Shown here: positions 9,229 through 18,423 of the stretch, in pieces
Layout: each line of letters opens with the position of its first letter
Position numbering within the stretch: position 1 is the stretch's first letter
NCBI GenBank assembly: GCA_045590215.1
Contig: JAZNQO010000028.1
Span: forward strand, 10,144 to 74,143
Length of the DNA: 64,000 nt
Direction of reading: 5' to 3'
Source of the DNA: Clostridia bacterium
GTDB lineage: Bacteria > Bacillota > Clostridia > Christensenellales > Aristaeellaceae
Made by a program: the position numbers and the translations under genes
Notes under the pieces: generated by a model
Databases searched by the model: none
The model's input: the letters and a program-made list of their open reading frames with translations, nothing else
Told to the model about the DNA's origin: nothing

Positions 9229-10656
9229 TTGCTGCTTCTGCTTTGTCTGTGCTTGCTCTGCTCCCCTGCCATGACGGAAGAAGAGGAGTTGCTTCTCCAT
9301 GGCATTTTCCTGCCCACGTACACCCTGCCGGAAACGAATAAGCCCATCTGGATAGATTTTTGCACCATCGATGTTTTGCACATTCCGGCAACCTGCACCC
9401 AGTGGCCTGACTTTTCCGATACCGCCATCGGGCATTTTGAGGTACACCCGGAAAACCCCTTCTTCACCACCGTGGACGGCATTGTGTATTCCAAGGACGG
9501 AAAAACCCTGATCGCCTATCCCGGCTTGAAAGACGATACCCATTTTGACGTGCCCTTTGGCGTCAAGGAAATTGCGCCTTTTGCTTTCTTTGGCAACGGC
9601 TATCTGCAATCCGTTTCTTTCCCCCTTTCCCTGCAAGCTATCGGTGAAATGGCCTTTGCTTACTGCACCGGCCTTGCCTCCCTGAACCTGCCGCTTTCTG
9701 TGCAGGATGTGGGGCCGCACGCTTTTTCCGGCTGCACCAATCTGGAAAAAGTGTCCATGGGCGAAAGCCTGCGTTCCCTGCTTTCAGACGAACACCATGC
9801 AACCTGCTTTGTCAATTGCGAAAAGCTGGAAAAGAATCTGCCTTTCAGTGGCAATGAGGGCAATCTCCTTTCCCTTCATCCGGACGATGTATCCGAAATG
9901 CTGCTGCCCAAGCCCCTGCGGATGGTTGCTTCCCCGGAAAATGCCAACAGTTATGTGCGTGCCCGGAAAACCCCCACGGAAGATGGTTCCTCTGCCGGCT
10001 CCTATAACAGCGGCGATGTGGTCATCATTGAAAAGGACGATCTTTCCACCAAAGATTATTTCCACGGCTTTTTCGGCTCCTTTTCAACCGAAGGGTATCT
10101 GAAAAAATCATATCTGGTTCCGGCTCCCGGAGAAACGCTGTTCCATATCACCTCCGTTTTGCCAAAGAACGATCAGGTAAAGGTGATGGCCGCCGGGTTC
10201 AAGCCGGAATTGGGGCAGCATGTGTACACCGATGTCACCTATGCCCGTTTCAAGGAAAAGCTGTTTGCGGATACCAACACTTCTTCCCTTGCTTCTTTTG
10301 ATTTGAAAACCGATTTTTATCATACCGATCATGTGGCCACCGCCCAGATGTATATCTATTCCCTGCAGGGCGAACAGGCGGCGGATATCACGTTTTCCGT
10401 CCTGGATGCCGTCTTTGAAAGAGAAAAAACCGGGGATCAGAAAACCTTCGGCGTGGTGGTTGCCTCCAAAAAGCAAAACCGGGTACACCTGCGCAAAAAG
10501 GCCACCCAGTCAAGCGATTCCCTCGGCAAATTCTTCACCGGCACGCAGCTGGAAATCATCGGCGAAAAGGGGGATTTCTATCAGGTGCTGGTGAACGGCC
10601 TGGAAGAAGGCTGGATGATGAAAAAATTTGTCAGAATCGTTCCGCAGATGCAATAA
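9229..10656 (+). CDS. secreted BspA-type leucine-rich-repeat protein with C-terminal SH3b-like domain (paralog 1; start codon uncertain)
   Basis: LRR_5-like repeats (FAFFGNGYLQSVSFPLSLQAIGEMAFAYCTGLASLNLPLSVQDVGPHAFSGCTNLEKV). C-terminal GKFFTGTQLEIIGEKGDFYQVLVNGLEEGWM. There is no in-frame ATG before the signal peptide. Confidence 0.75.
   Translation: MLLLLCLCLLCSPAMTEEEELLLHGIFLPTYTLPETNKPIWIDFCTIDVLHIPATCTQWPDFSDTAIGHFEVHPENPFFTTVDGIVYSKDGKTLIAYPGLKDDTHFDVPFGVKEIAPFAFFGNGYLQSVSFPLSLQAIGEMAFAYCTGLASLNLPLSVQDVGPHAFSGCTNLEKVSMGESLRSLLSDEHHATCFVNCEKLEKNLPFSGNEGNLLSLHPDDVSEMLLPKPLRMVASPENANSYVRARKTPTEDGSSAGSYNSGDVVIIEKDDLSTKDYFHGFFGSFSTEGYLKKSYLVPAPGETLFHITSVLPKNDQVKVMAAGFKPELGQHVYTDVTYARFKEKLFADTNTSSLASFDLKTDFYHTDHVATAQMYIYSLQGEQAADITFSVLDAVFEREKTGDQKTFGVVVASKKQNRVHLRKKATQSSDSLGKFFTGTQLEIIGEKGDFYQVLVNGLEEGWMMKKFVRIVPQMQ
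10519..10624 (+). repeat. 106-nt tract shared with 12057-12162 (2 mismatches) inside the tandem LRR-SH3 paralogs
   Basis: Direct comparison of the two gene 3' ends. The rest of the two genes is visibly much more diverged. Confidence 0.9.
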
Positions 10657-10700
10657 AATCCTTTCACCTTTCGTCTTATGTACGGAACGGAGGAAAACAT

Positions 10701-12194
10701 ATGAAAAAATGGCTGATATTGCTGCTTTGCCTGTGCTTGCTCTGGCCGGCAGCGGCGGAAGAGAAAGAAGAACAAACAACTTACATTGAGTTCAAAACCG
10801 CCAAGGAATACACCCTGCCCAACGAAGATGTGCCTTACTATCTGTACGCCTGCACCTTCGATGTGCTGCACATCCCGGAACATGTAACCCAATTCCCGGA
10901 GCTGGAACACACCTTCATCGACGCCTATGCCGTACACCCGGAAAATCCGGCTTTCACCGCTGTGGACGGCGTGCTGTATTCCAAGGATATGAAAACTTTG
11001 ATTGCCTATCCCAATGCCCGGAAAAATTCCCATTTTGACGTGCCTTTCGGCGTGGAGCACATCACAGAATACGCCTTTGCGGAAAATGATTTTCTCCATT
11101 CCGTCGCCCTGCCCCTTTCCTTAAAAACCATCGGCCAGCGCGGCTTTTATCACTGCGGAAATCTCATCAGTATTAATCTTCCCCTGACGGTAACCGAACT
11201 TGGCCCCTACGCTTTCTCCAGTTGCGTGAATCTGGAAAAGGTAAGCATGAGTGCGGCACTGGAAGAGAAAGTGATAGCCGGGGCAAACACGCCCTCCCGT
11301 TATGATAACCCCATCCCCTTTGCCATGGTGTTTGATAACTGCCCCAAGCTGGAAAACGCCGCATGGCACGGGGATGAAGGCGGTGTCCCTGCCCGCCCCC
11401 GGTACCGGATTTACCGGGAAATAATGCTGGTGGCTTCTCCGAAAAATGCCAATGACTTCATCAACGTATACGCTCTCCCGGACACGACTTCCGCAGTGCT
11501 TACCACCTACCCCTGCGGCGCACTCATGATGATGGAACAGGACAATCTCACCGGCTATGCGGATTTTTATGCTGTCAATTATGACCGGGGAACGGGCTAT
11601 GTTTCCAAGCAGGAGGCGATCATCGCCCCTGCGGAAACGCTGTTTCATATCACCTCTGCCTTTCCGAAAAACGATCAGGTTCTGGTCGTAGACTCCTACA
11701 GCGAAAATAGCGAAACCCTCACCTATGCCCGGTGCCGTGAACTGCTCTTGGCCGATGCGCTGGAATATTCTCATGCTCCAGTTCCCACGAACATCGAACC
11801 CACCGAAGAAACGCTGAAAGTGCTTGTTGACCTGCACAGCGGTTTCGACATGAGTACTTATGGTGCAGGCACCGTGGGCATTTGCTATCTGACAGGCACT
11901 TATGAAGGCTTTGGGCTATCGGAGTGGCAGTATCCTATGCAGGATGCCGCCCTGTACCGGGAAAAAACCGGGGATGGAAAAACCTTCGGCATTGTGCTTT
12001 CGGACGCCCCGAAAAACCGGGTGCATTTGAGAGAGAAACCCAATAAAGAAAGCTCTTCCCTCGGCAAATTCTTCACCGGCACGCAGCTGGAAATCATCGG
12101 CGAAAAGGGTGATTTCTATCAGGTGCTGGTGAACGGGCTGGAAGAAGGCTGGATGATGAAAACCTATATTTGCATTGTACCAGAGGAGGAATGA
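10701..12194 (+). CDS. secreted BspA-type leucine-rich-repeat protein with C-terminal SH3b-like domain (paralog 2)
   Basis: Signal peptide MKKWLILLLCLCLLWPAAA. Same architecture as 9229..10656. Confidence 0.85.
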   Translation: MKKWLILLLCLCLLWPAAAEEKEEQTTYIEFKTAKEYTLPNEDVPYYLYACTFDVLHIPEHVTQFPELEHTFIDAYAVHPENPAFTAVDGVLYSKDMKTLIAYPNARKNSHFDVPFGVEHITEYAFAENDFLHSVALPLSLKTIGQRGFYHCGNLISINLPLTVTELGPYAFSSCVNLEKVSMSAALEEKVIAGANTPSRYDNPIPFAMVFDNCPKLENAAWHGDEGGVPARPRYRIYREIMLVASPKNANDFINVYALPDTTSAVLTTYPCGALMMMEQDNLTGYADFYAVNYDRGTGYVSKQEAIIAPAETLFHITSAFPKNDQVLVVDSYSENSETLTYARCRELLLADALEYSHAPVPTNIEPTEETLKVLVDLHSGFDMSTYGAGTVGICYLTGTYEGFGLSEWQYPMQDAALYREKTGDGKTFGIVLSDAPKNRVHLREKPNKESSSLGKFFTGTQLEIIGEKGDFYQVLVNGLEEGWMMKTYICIVPEEE

Positions 12195-12198
12195 GAAA

Positions 12199-13224
12199 AT
12201 GAAAAGGCTTTTGTGTGCCCTGATGCTTCTGTGCCTGCTTCCCATGTTTGCCTTGGCGGAAGGTAGCCTCGTGCAAATCAATCAGCCCTTGGATAAGCCG
12301 GAAGGCTGGCAGAAAATCGTGGAAAACAGCCCCTATGCGCTGGGCGATATGACCCCCTACGAAGACGCCGGCTTTTCCATCTGCGGCTTTGGCAATTATC
12401 CTTCCATTGACGGCTCCACCGTGTCCGTGCCCTTGGGCATGGAGCTGGCACGGCAGATTTTGAACCTGCCGGAAGAAGACCTGAACGGCTTTGTCAATTT
12501 CTCCACCACCCCCTACGCCTATGAACGGCTGATCCTCGGTAAACCCAACCTCACCGCCATGCTGCCCTCCCAAAACGCCATGATGGATCAAGCCCAGCCC
12601 GTGAACCTGATTCTGGTGACGGAGCCCTCCGACGAAGAACTGGAAATGGCGAAAAATGCCGGGGTGGAGCTGGAAGTGGTGCCCTTTTGCTATGATGCCT
12701 TTGTGTTTCTGGTGAACGGCGAAAACGATGTGGACGGACTCACCATGGAAGAAATCCGCTCCATCTATTCCGGCCAGACCTACAGCTGGGATCAGGTGGG
12801 CAGCACGTCCTTTGACCCCATCATCGCCTATCAGCGGCCCAAAAACAGCGGCAGCCAGACCGCCATGGAAAACATGGTCATGAAAGGACTGCGCTTTGTG
12901 GCCGTGGAAGAGAATTACGTTTCCGACGGCATGAGCGATCTGGTGCAGCAAATCGGCGATTATTCCAACAGCCGCCAAGCCCTTGGCTATTCCTTCCTGT
13001 ATTATCTGAACAACCTGTATGTGAACGAAAATATCAAGGTTTTGAAGATTGACGGCGTGTATCCTTCCGAAGAAAACCTGCAAAACGGCTCCTATCCCCT
13101 CACCGCCCATTACTACGCCGTGTACCGCAAGGGCGACGAACAAACCGCCGCCTTTGTGCAGTGGCTGCTTTCGGAGGAGGGGCAGGCCTGCGTGCGTCAG
13201 GCCGGGTATATTCCCATGCGGTGA
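12199..13224 (+). CDS. PstS-like (PBP_like_2) periplasmic substrate-binding domain lipoprotein/secreted protein
   Basis: Signal peptide MKRLLCALMLLCLLPMFALA. SIDGSTVSVPL...IAYQRPKNSGSQ...GYSFLYY pattern of phosphate-binding-protein-like domains. GAGGAGGA lies 8 nt upstream of the ATG at 12199. Confidence 0.7.
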   Translation: MKRLLCALMLLCLLPMFALAEGSLVQINQPLDKPEGWQKIVENSPYALGDMTPYEDAGFSICGFGNYPSIDGSTVSVPLGMELARQILNLPEEDLNGFVNFSTTPYAYERLILGKPNLTAMLPSQNAMMDQAQPVNLILVTEPSDEELEMAKNAGVELEVVPFCYDAFVFLVNGENDVDGLTMEEIRSIYSGQTYSWDQVGSTSFDPIIAYQRPKNSGSQTAMENMVMKGLRFVAVEENYVSDGMSDLVQQIGDYSNSRQALGYSFLYYLNNLYVNENIKVLKIDGVYPSEENLQNGSYPLTAHYYAVYRKGDEQTAAFVQWLLSEEGQACVRQAGYIPMR

Positions 13225-13251
13225 GATAATACCAAAAATTGAAAACAAGAA

Positions 13252-13287
13252 AAGCGGCCTGCCCGAAAGCAAGCCGCTTATTATTTT
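13252..13287. terminator. bidirectional intrinsic terminator between the PstS-like gene and pckA
   Basis: AAGCGGC...GCCGCTT stem with T-rich tracts on both strands. Confidence 0.6.
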
Positions 13288-13352
13288 GCTTCATGCGATG
13301 ATTGCCCATCGAACCGATTGCAATTTCGCAAGGTGGGTTAAGGGTGAAACCC

Positions 13353-14957
13353 TTACAGCTGGGGACCGGCCTTCACCAGAGCCTTGCCGGCGTCGTTGCC
13401 GGTATACTTGACGAAGTTCTTCACGAAACGGCCAGCCAGATCCTGCGCCTTCACGTCCCATTCGGAAGCATCGGCATAGGTGTCACGGGGATCCAGAATG
13501 GCGGGGTTCACGCCGGGCAGTTCAGTGGGCACTTCCAGATCGAAGAGGGGAATCTTCTTGGTGGGGGCCTTGAGGATATCGCCGTTGAGGATAGCGTCGA
13601 TGATGCCGCGGGTGTCCTTGATGGTGATGCGCTTGCCGGTGCCGTTCCAGCCGGTGTTGACCAGATAAGCCTTGGCACCGTTTGCTTCCATCTTCTTCAC
13701 CAGTTCTTCGCCGTACTTGGTGGGATGCAGTTCCAGGAAAGCCTGGCCAAAGCAAGCGGAGAAGGTGGGGGTGGGTTCGGTGATGCCGCGTTCCGTGCCG
13801 GCCAGCTTGGCAGTGAAGCCGGAGAGGAAGTAATACTGGGCCTGTTCGGGGGTCAGGATGGAAACGGGGGGCAGCACGCCGAAAGCGTCGGCAGACAGGA
13901 AGATCACGTTCTTGGCAGCGGGGGCTGCGGAAACGGGCTTCACGATGTTCTGGATATGGTCAATGGGATAGGAAACACGGGTGTTTTCGGTGACGGAATC
14001 GTCAGCGAAATCGCACTTGCCGTTTTCATCCACAGTCACGTTTTCCAAGAGAGCGTTGCGCTTGATGGCGTTGTAGATATCGGGTTCGCTTTCAGCGTCC
14101 AGATTGATCACCTTGGCATAGCAGCCGCCTTCAAAGTTGAACACGCCATTGTCGTCCCAGCCGTGTTCGTCATCGCCGATGAGGAGACGCTTGGGGTCGG
14201 TGGACAGGGTGGTCTTGCCAGTGCCGGACAGGCCGAAGAACAGTGCGGTGTTTTCGCCGTTCATATCGGTGTTGGCGGAGCAGTGCATGGAAGCAATACC
14301 CTGCAGGGGCAGGTAGTAGTTCATCATGGAGAACATGCCCTTCTTCATTTCGCCGCCGTACCAGGTGTTCAGGATCACCTGTTCACGATCGGTGAGGTTG
14401 AAGATAGCGGCGGTTTCGCTGTTCAGGCCCAGTTCCTTGAAGTTGACAACCTTGGCCTTGGCGGCGTTATAGGAAACGAAGTCCGGCTCGAAAGAAGCCA
14501 GTTCTTCTTCGGTGGGGTTGATGAACATGTTTTTCACGAAATGAGCCTGCCAGGCCACTTCCATGATGAAGCGGATGGACATCCGGGTGTCGGGGTTGGC
14601 ACCGCAGAAAACGTCCATGACGTACAGCTTCTTATTGCTCAGCTGTTCCTGGGCCAGCTTCTTGCATTCTGCCCAGGCTTCCTTGGAAGCAGGCTTATTA
14701 TCGTTCTTAAATTCGTCGGACGTCCACCACACGGTGTCCTTGCTGGTTTCGTCCATCACGATGAACTTATCTTTGGGGGAGCGGCCGGTATAGATGCCGG
14801 TCATTACGTTCACTGCGCCCAGTTCCGTCAGCTGGCCCTTTTCAAAGCCTTCCAGAGCGGGGTTCATTTCTTCTTCAAACAGCACTTCAAAGGAAGGATT
14901 GCGCACGATTTCGGTGGTGCCGGTGATGCCATAGCGGGTCAAGTCGATCTGCTTCAT
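13353..14957 (-). CDS. pckA: phosphoenolpyruvate carboxykinase (ATP)
   Basis: 534 aa with the [11 protein letters not shown] kinase-1a motif. The IGDDEHGW and [10 protein letters not shown] blocks are typical of ATP-PEPCK. Confidence 0.95.
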   Translation of the reverse strand: MKQIDLTRYGITGTTEIVRNPSFEVLFEEEMNPALEGFEKGQLTELGAVNVMTGIYTGRSPKDKFIVMDETSKDTVWWTSDEFKNDNKPASKEAWAECKKLAQEQLSNKKLYVMDVFCGANPDTRMSIRFIMEVAWQAHFVKNMFINPTEEELASFEPDFVSYNAAKAKVVNFKELGLNSETAAIFNLTDREQVILNTWYGGEMKKGMFSMMNYYLPLQGIASMHCSANTDMNGENTALFFGLSGTGKTTLSTDPKRLLIGDDEHGWDDNGVFNFEGGCYAKVINLDAESEPDIYNAIKRNALLENVTVDENGKCDFADDSVTENTRVSYPIDHIQNIVKPVSAAPAAKNVIFLSADAFGVLPPVSILTPEQAQYYFLSGFTAKLAGTERGITEPTPTFSACFGQAFLELHPTKYGEELVKKMEANGAKAYLVNTGWNGTGKRITIKDTRGIIDAILNGDILKAPTKKIPLFDLEVPTELPGVNPAILDPRDTYADASEWDVKAQDLAGRFVKNFVKYTGNDAGKALVKAGPQL

Positions 14958-15128
14958 GATGCGGAACCTCTTTTCTTAATTATTGCAAAATGGGAACATT
15001 TCCGATTGAGGAATGGCTTTTCATTCCAAATGAAGCCCTCACTTCCTCAATTTACATCCTACACCATGAAGCCCCAAAAAGCAAGCAAAGAAACAGGAAA
15101 ATTTTGCGCATTTTGCATCAAAATTATG

Positions 15129-16748
15129 TCACTTTCTCCCGGCAGCCCGATGGGCAGGATACCATTTTTCAAACCAGCCGGTAAAGATGCCCATTCCTGC
15201 CGTCAGAACATACTGGATAATGGGCAGATATGCCCCCACCGCCGTGGAGCCCAGCAGGAAATACGCTGCTGCAATTGTGAGATACAGAATGCCCCAGCCG
15301 GCCGCCAGAATATAGTTGGGCTTCATAAACAGGGGATTTTTCAGCGCATCCTCGCCACCGTAATTGTATTTCACATAAGCAGCGCAAAGGGGCTCTTTTG
15401 TGAAACAGGAAAGCAGCCACAAAAGCCCGAAATAAAGATAGGAAAGGTTTGTGCATAAGGGGTTTTGCCCAGTGAACAGCGCAGTGGCCGCCAATGCGGA
15501 AACGCCGCTGATGGCTAAAACATCATATTTCGTGAACCGGAAGAGGAGGGAAAGCAGCGGCACCATACATGCGCAAATCAGCGACGCAAAAAGGCCGCCC
15601 TGCCCCATATTACCCACGATCCAATAGGCCATGAAGGGCACAAGGAAAATCCAAAGCTGCGGATGCTTTCTTTCTTTTTTGTCCGGCGCAGGCTGGGTTT
15701 GGGCTTCCCCTCCGCTGCCGAAAAAATCGCCCCAGCGAATCATCAGGGAAAAATCGCCCGTCACCCGGTACATCTGCTTGGCCAGTGCCGCATCACCCCG
15801 GAGTTCACCCTTTGCAATTTGCAGCCACACGTCAAAGGGCGTGTCAATCCGGGTGGTGGGAACAAGGCTTCCGTCCGTTACCACCTGACTGCCCTCCTTC
15901 CGCAAAGCAATCTGATAGGTTTTCTGCAAATCCGTGTAGCAGATTTCCAGCACCCGGTCTTTTCCGTCCCAGCTGTTTTTATTGTAAAGGGCGGCCATCT
16001 GCCGGGTGAAGGACAGGCTATCGTCTTCCTTTTCGCCGCTTTCCTTATCCACGCCCCAGCTGGCATCCGCCATCTGCTCAAATGTTTCTTTGGGGAAAAG
16101 CAGGGGGTCCAAGGCCTCTTTTGTCTTTTCGGAGATGCCGCCTTTTGCCCATTCTGCACCAGCTTTCTTTACCCATTCCAGATACGCCCCGGTGCGCTCC
16201 CGCAGCTCCTTCACCCGGAAAAGCTCGCCCTGACCGCAGAAAACGGTGGTGTAATTGTCCTTGCCGCAGATGTGGTCAAACATCCGGCAGACGCTGTCGT
16301 AATTGCCTTTTGCGGAATAAAAGCCGCAGGTGGAAACAAGCACATATTTCTTTTTGCTCAGATCGTAGCGCATAACATGGCCTCCGCTGCCGACGCCGTC
16401 GTTTCTGTCGGCCATAAAGGGCATCACCAGCGGCAGCTGACGATCAATAAAATCCTTCAAAAGCCCCGGCACATTGAAATAATATAAGGGGAAGGAATAA
16501 ACAATCACATCCGCAAGCACCATCTTTTCCAGAAGCGGTGCCATATCATCCCGAAGGACGCACTGCCCCGGCGTTTTGTTCCAGCAGGAAAAGCAGCCCT
16601 TGCAACCGGAAAGCTGCAGAGAAGCCAGGTCAATCTGCTCCGTTTCCGCCTTTTCTGCGCTGCCAAGGCCTTCCGCAAAGGCTTTTGCAAGCTGCAAGGA
16701 ATTGCTGGCCTTTCCCTTGGGGCTACCGTTAATCAGCAGAATACGCAT
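15129..16748 (-). CDS. tri-domain fusion: flavodoxin-like NAD(P)H/FMN reductase + SCP2 sterol-carrier-like domain + C-terminal polytopic membrane domain
   Basis: N-terminus MRILLINGSPKGKASNS...CKGCFSCW...VYSFPLYYFNVP. Middle region YRVTGDFSLMIRWGDFF is SCP2-like. The last ~190 aa contain 4-5 hydrophobic helices. The ATG at 16748 has GGAGGA upstream and overlaps the PadR gene end by 20 nt. Confidence 0.75.
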   Translation of the reverse strand: MRILLINGSPKGKASNSLQLAKAFAEGLGSAEKAETEQIDLASLQLSGCKGCFSCWNKTPGQCVLRDDMAPLLEKMVLADVIVYSFPLYYFNVPGLLKDFIDRQLPLVMPFMADRNDGVGSGGHVMRYDLSKKKYVLVSTCGFYSAKGNYDSVCRMFDHICGKDNYTTVFCGQGELFRVKELRERTGAYLEWVKKAGAEWAKGGISEKTKEALDPLLFPKETFEQMADASWGVDKESGEKEDDSLSFTRQMAALYNKNSWDGKDRVLEICYTDLQKTYQIALRKEGSQVVTDGSLVPTTRIDTPFDVWLQIAKGELRGDAALAKQMYRVTGDFSLMIRWGDFFGSGGEAQTQPAPDKKERKHPQLWIFLVPFMAYWIVGNMGQGGLFASLICACMVPLLSLLFRFTKYDVLAISGVSALAATALFTGQNPLCTNLSYLYFGLLWLLSCFTKEPLCAAYVKYNYGGEDALKNPLFMKPNYILAAGWGILYLTIAAAYFLLGSTAVGAYLPIIQYVLTAGMGIFTGWFEKWYPAHRAAGRK

Positions 16749-17289
16749 GAATGATTTCCTCCAGTTCCTGTTCACATTTTTTCGCCCAGTCGTTCATCAT
16801 TTGGATGTACATGGTGCCAAATTCCACCGTCATTTTCCAATAGAGAGCCTTCAAGGGGTCATCCATTTCTCCCTGATAAAAGGCAATATTTTCAGAAGGC
16901 TTGGCCGCCGCAGCGAAAAACGCTTCACATTCTTTTCGGATGCGCCGGAAAAAGGCGATGTTCTCGCCGGGCAGCAATTCCCCCCGGAAAAAGGTGCGCA
17001 TCAGCAGGGGGCTATTGCTGTCCAGCCCCGTTTCCTCTTCCTGTAGCCAACGCTTCAGTTCCCTTTTTCCCTCCTCTGTGATGGAAAAAACATTCTTGTC
17101 CGGCTTGCCCTGCTGGGTGACGCTGCGGCTGTCCACAAAGCCTTTCTTTTTCAGGGTCTGCAATTCCCGGTAAATCTGGCTGGTTTGGGCAGACCAGAAA
17201 AAGTTCAGCGAATCCCGGAACACTTCCATCAGCTCATAGCCCGTCTTTTCCCCATAATTGAGCAGCCCCAGAATACCGTGCTTCAGCAT
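16729..17289 (-). CDS. PadR family transcriptional regulator
   Basis: MLKHGILGLLNYGEKTGYELMEVFRDSLNFFWSAQTSQIYRELQTLKKKGFV is a classic PadR winged helix. Start at the ATG at 17289 after GGAGGA. Confidence 0.9.
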   Translation of the reverse strand: MLKHGILGLLNYGEKTGYELMEVFRDSLNFFWSAQTSQIYRELQTLKKKGFVDSRSVTQQGKPDKNVFSITEEGKRELKRWLQEEETGLDSNSPLLMRTFFRGELLPGENIAFFRRIRKECEAFFAAAAKPSENIAFYQGEMDDPLKALYWKMTVEFGTMYIQMMNDWAKKCEQELEEIIHAYSAD

Positions 17290-17307
17290 TGTTCTTTCCT
17301 CCGTTTT

Positions 17308-17354
17308 ATTCCACATGTTGAATATATTATAGTTCCACTTGTGGAATATGTCAA
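17308..17354 (-). promoter_or_regulatory. consensus sigma-A promoter with two palindromic operator-like sites (probable PadR autoregulation)
   Basis: The minus strand reads TTGACA (17354-17349), a 17-nt spacer, then TATAAT (17331-17326). The spacer contains TTCCAC-AA-GTGGAA (17346-17333). A second site, ATTCAAC-AT-GTGGAAT (17323-17308), covers the expected transcription start. Confidence 0.7.
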
Positions 17355-17429
17355 GCCCGTTTGAATATTTTTTCGGACAACAAAAAACGGATGGCATTTT
17401 ACCATCCGTTCAGATTTTCAATCGCTATG

Positions 17430-18404
17430 TTATTGTTTTGCACCGCATTCGGAGCAGAATTTAGCCGTTCTTGCAATCTTCGTGCCGCATTCGGAGCAGA
17501 ACTTGGTTTCCCCGGCCACGGCTGCCGCTGTTGCCACAGGAGCTGCCGTCTGCTGGCCGGCCATCTGCATGGCCTGCGCCATCATCATGCCTGCGCCCAT
17601 CCCGGCACCCATGCCGGCGGTACCAGCCTGATTGTTGGCCGCATCCCGCATCGCTTCCGCCGCCTGAAACTGGGTGTATTTGTTCAGATCGCCCACAACG
17701 CCCATGGAGGTGCGCCTGTCCATAGCTTCTTCCACTTCCTGGGGCAGGGAGATATTTTCAATCACAAAGCTTTCCAGCTTCAGACCCAGATTTTCAATCC
17801 GGGGAGCCAGTGCCTGCAGGGCATACTGGGAAAGCTCGTCATAATTGGCGGCCAGATCCAAAGCCGGAATCTTGCTCTGGGCAATGGCATCGGACAGGCC
17901 GGAAACCAGCGTGCGCTTCACTTGGCCGGTGACGCCGTCCACGGTCATATAAGCACTGGTGCCGAACACTTCCTTCAGGAAGGCCACGGGATCATTCACC
18001 CGGAAGGAGTAAATGCCGTGAGCACGCAGGCGCACCATGCCAAATTCCGCATCCCGCATCATCACGGGGTTGGACGTGCCCCACTTCTGATCCAGAAACT
18101 GCTTGGTGTTGATGAAATACACTTCCGCCTTGAAGGGGGAGTTGAAGCCGAATTTCCAGCTCTGCAATGCCGTCATAATGGGCATGTTCTGGGTGGAAAG
18201 CTCATACCGGCCGGGGGCAAACACATCGGCAATCTGCCCTTCGTTTACCATCACAGCCACTTGGCTTTCGCGCACCGTCAGCTGTGCGCCCATCATGATT
18301 TCCTTGCCGCCCCGGTCATAGCGATGCACCATGGTATCGGCGGAGTTATCTTTCCATTCGATGACGTCAATCAATTGACCCTTGAACAAATCAAAAATAC
18401 CCAC
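17430..18404 (-). CDS. SPFH/band-7 domain protein with C-terminal double zinc ribbon (YdjI / COG4260-like)
   Basis: N-terminus MGIFDLFKGQLIDVIEWKD...VRESQVAVMVNEGQ. Gly/Met/Ala-rich linker. C-terminus FCSECGTKIARTAKFCSECG. Confidence 0.85.
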   Translation of the reverse strand: MGIFDLFKGQLIDVIEWKDNSADTMVHRYDRGGKEIMMGAQLTVRESQVAVMVNEGQIADVFAPGRYELSTQNMPIMTALQSWKFGFNSPFKAEVYFINTKQFLDQKWGTSNPVMMRDAEFGMVRLRAHGIYSFRVNDPVAFLKEVFGTSAYMTVDGVTGQVKRTLVSGLSDAIAQSKIPALDLAANYDELSQYALQALAPRIENLGLKLESFVIENISLPQEVEEAMDRRTSMGVVGDLNKYTQFQAAEAMRDAANNQAGTAGMGAGMGAGMMMAQAMQMAGQQTAAPVATAAAVAGETKFCSECGTKIARTAKFCSECGAKQ

Positions 18405-18423
18405 TTTTCATCCTCCTCTATCA

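Noticed and set aside
12094-13272. 392-aa - strand ORF
   Set aside because: Antisense to the PstS-like gene. It has no start context or motifs, and the + strand ORF has a signal peptide and a strong RBS.
13302-15458. 718-aa + strand ORF
   Set aside because: Antisense to pckA and running on into the antisense of the next gene. The composition is low-complexity Gly/Val/His, typical of open antisense frames in GC-rich DNA. There is no RBS.
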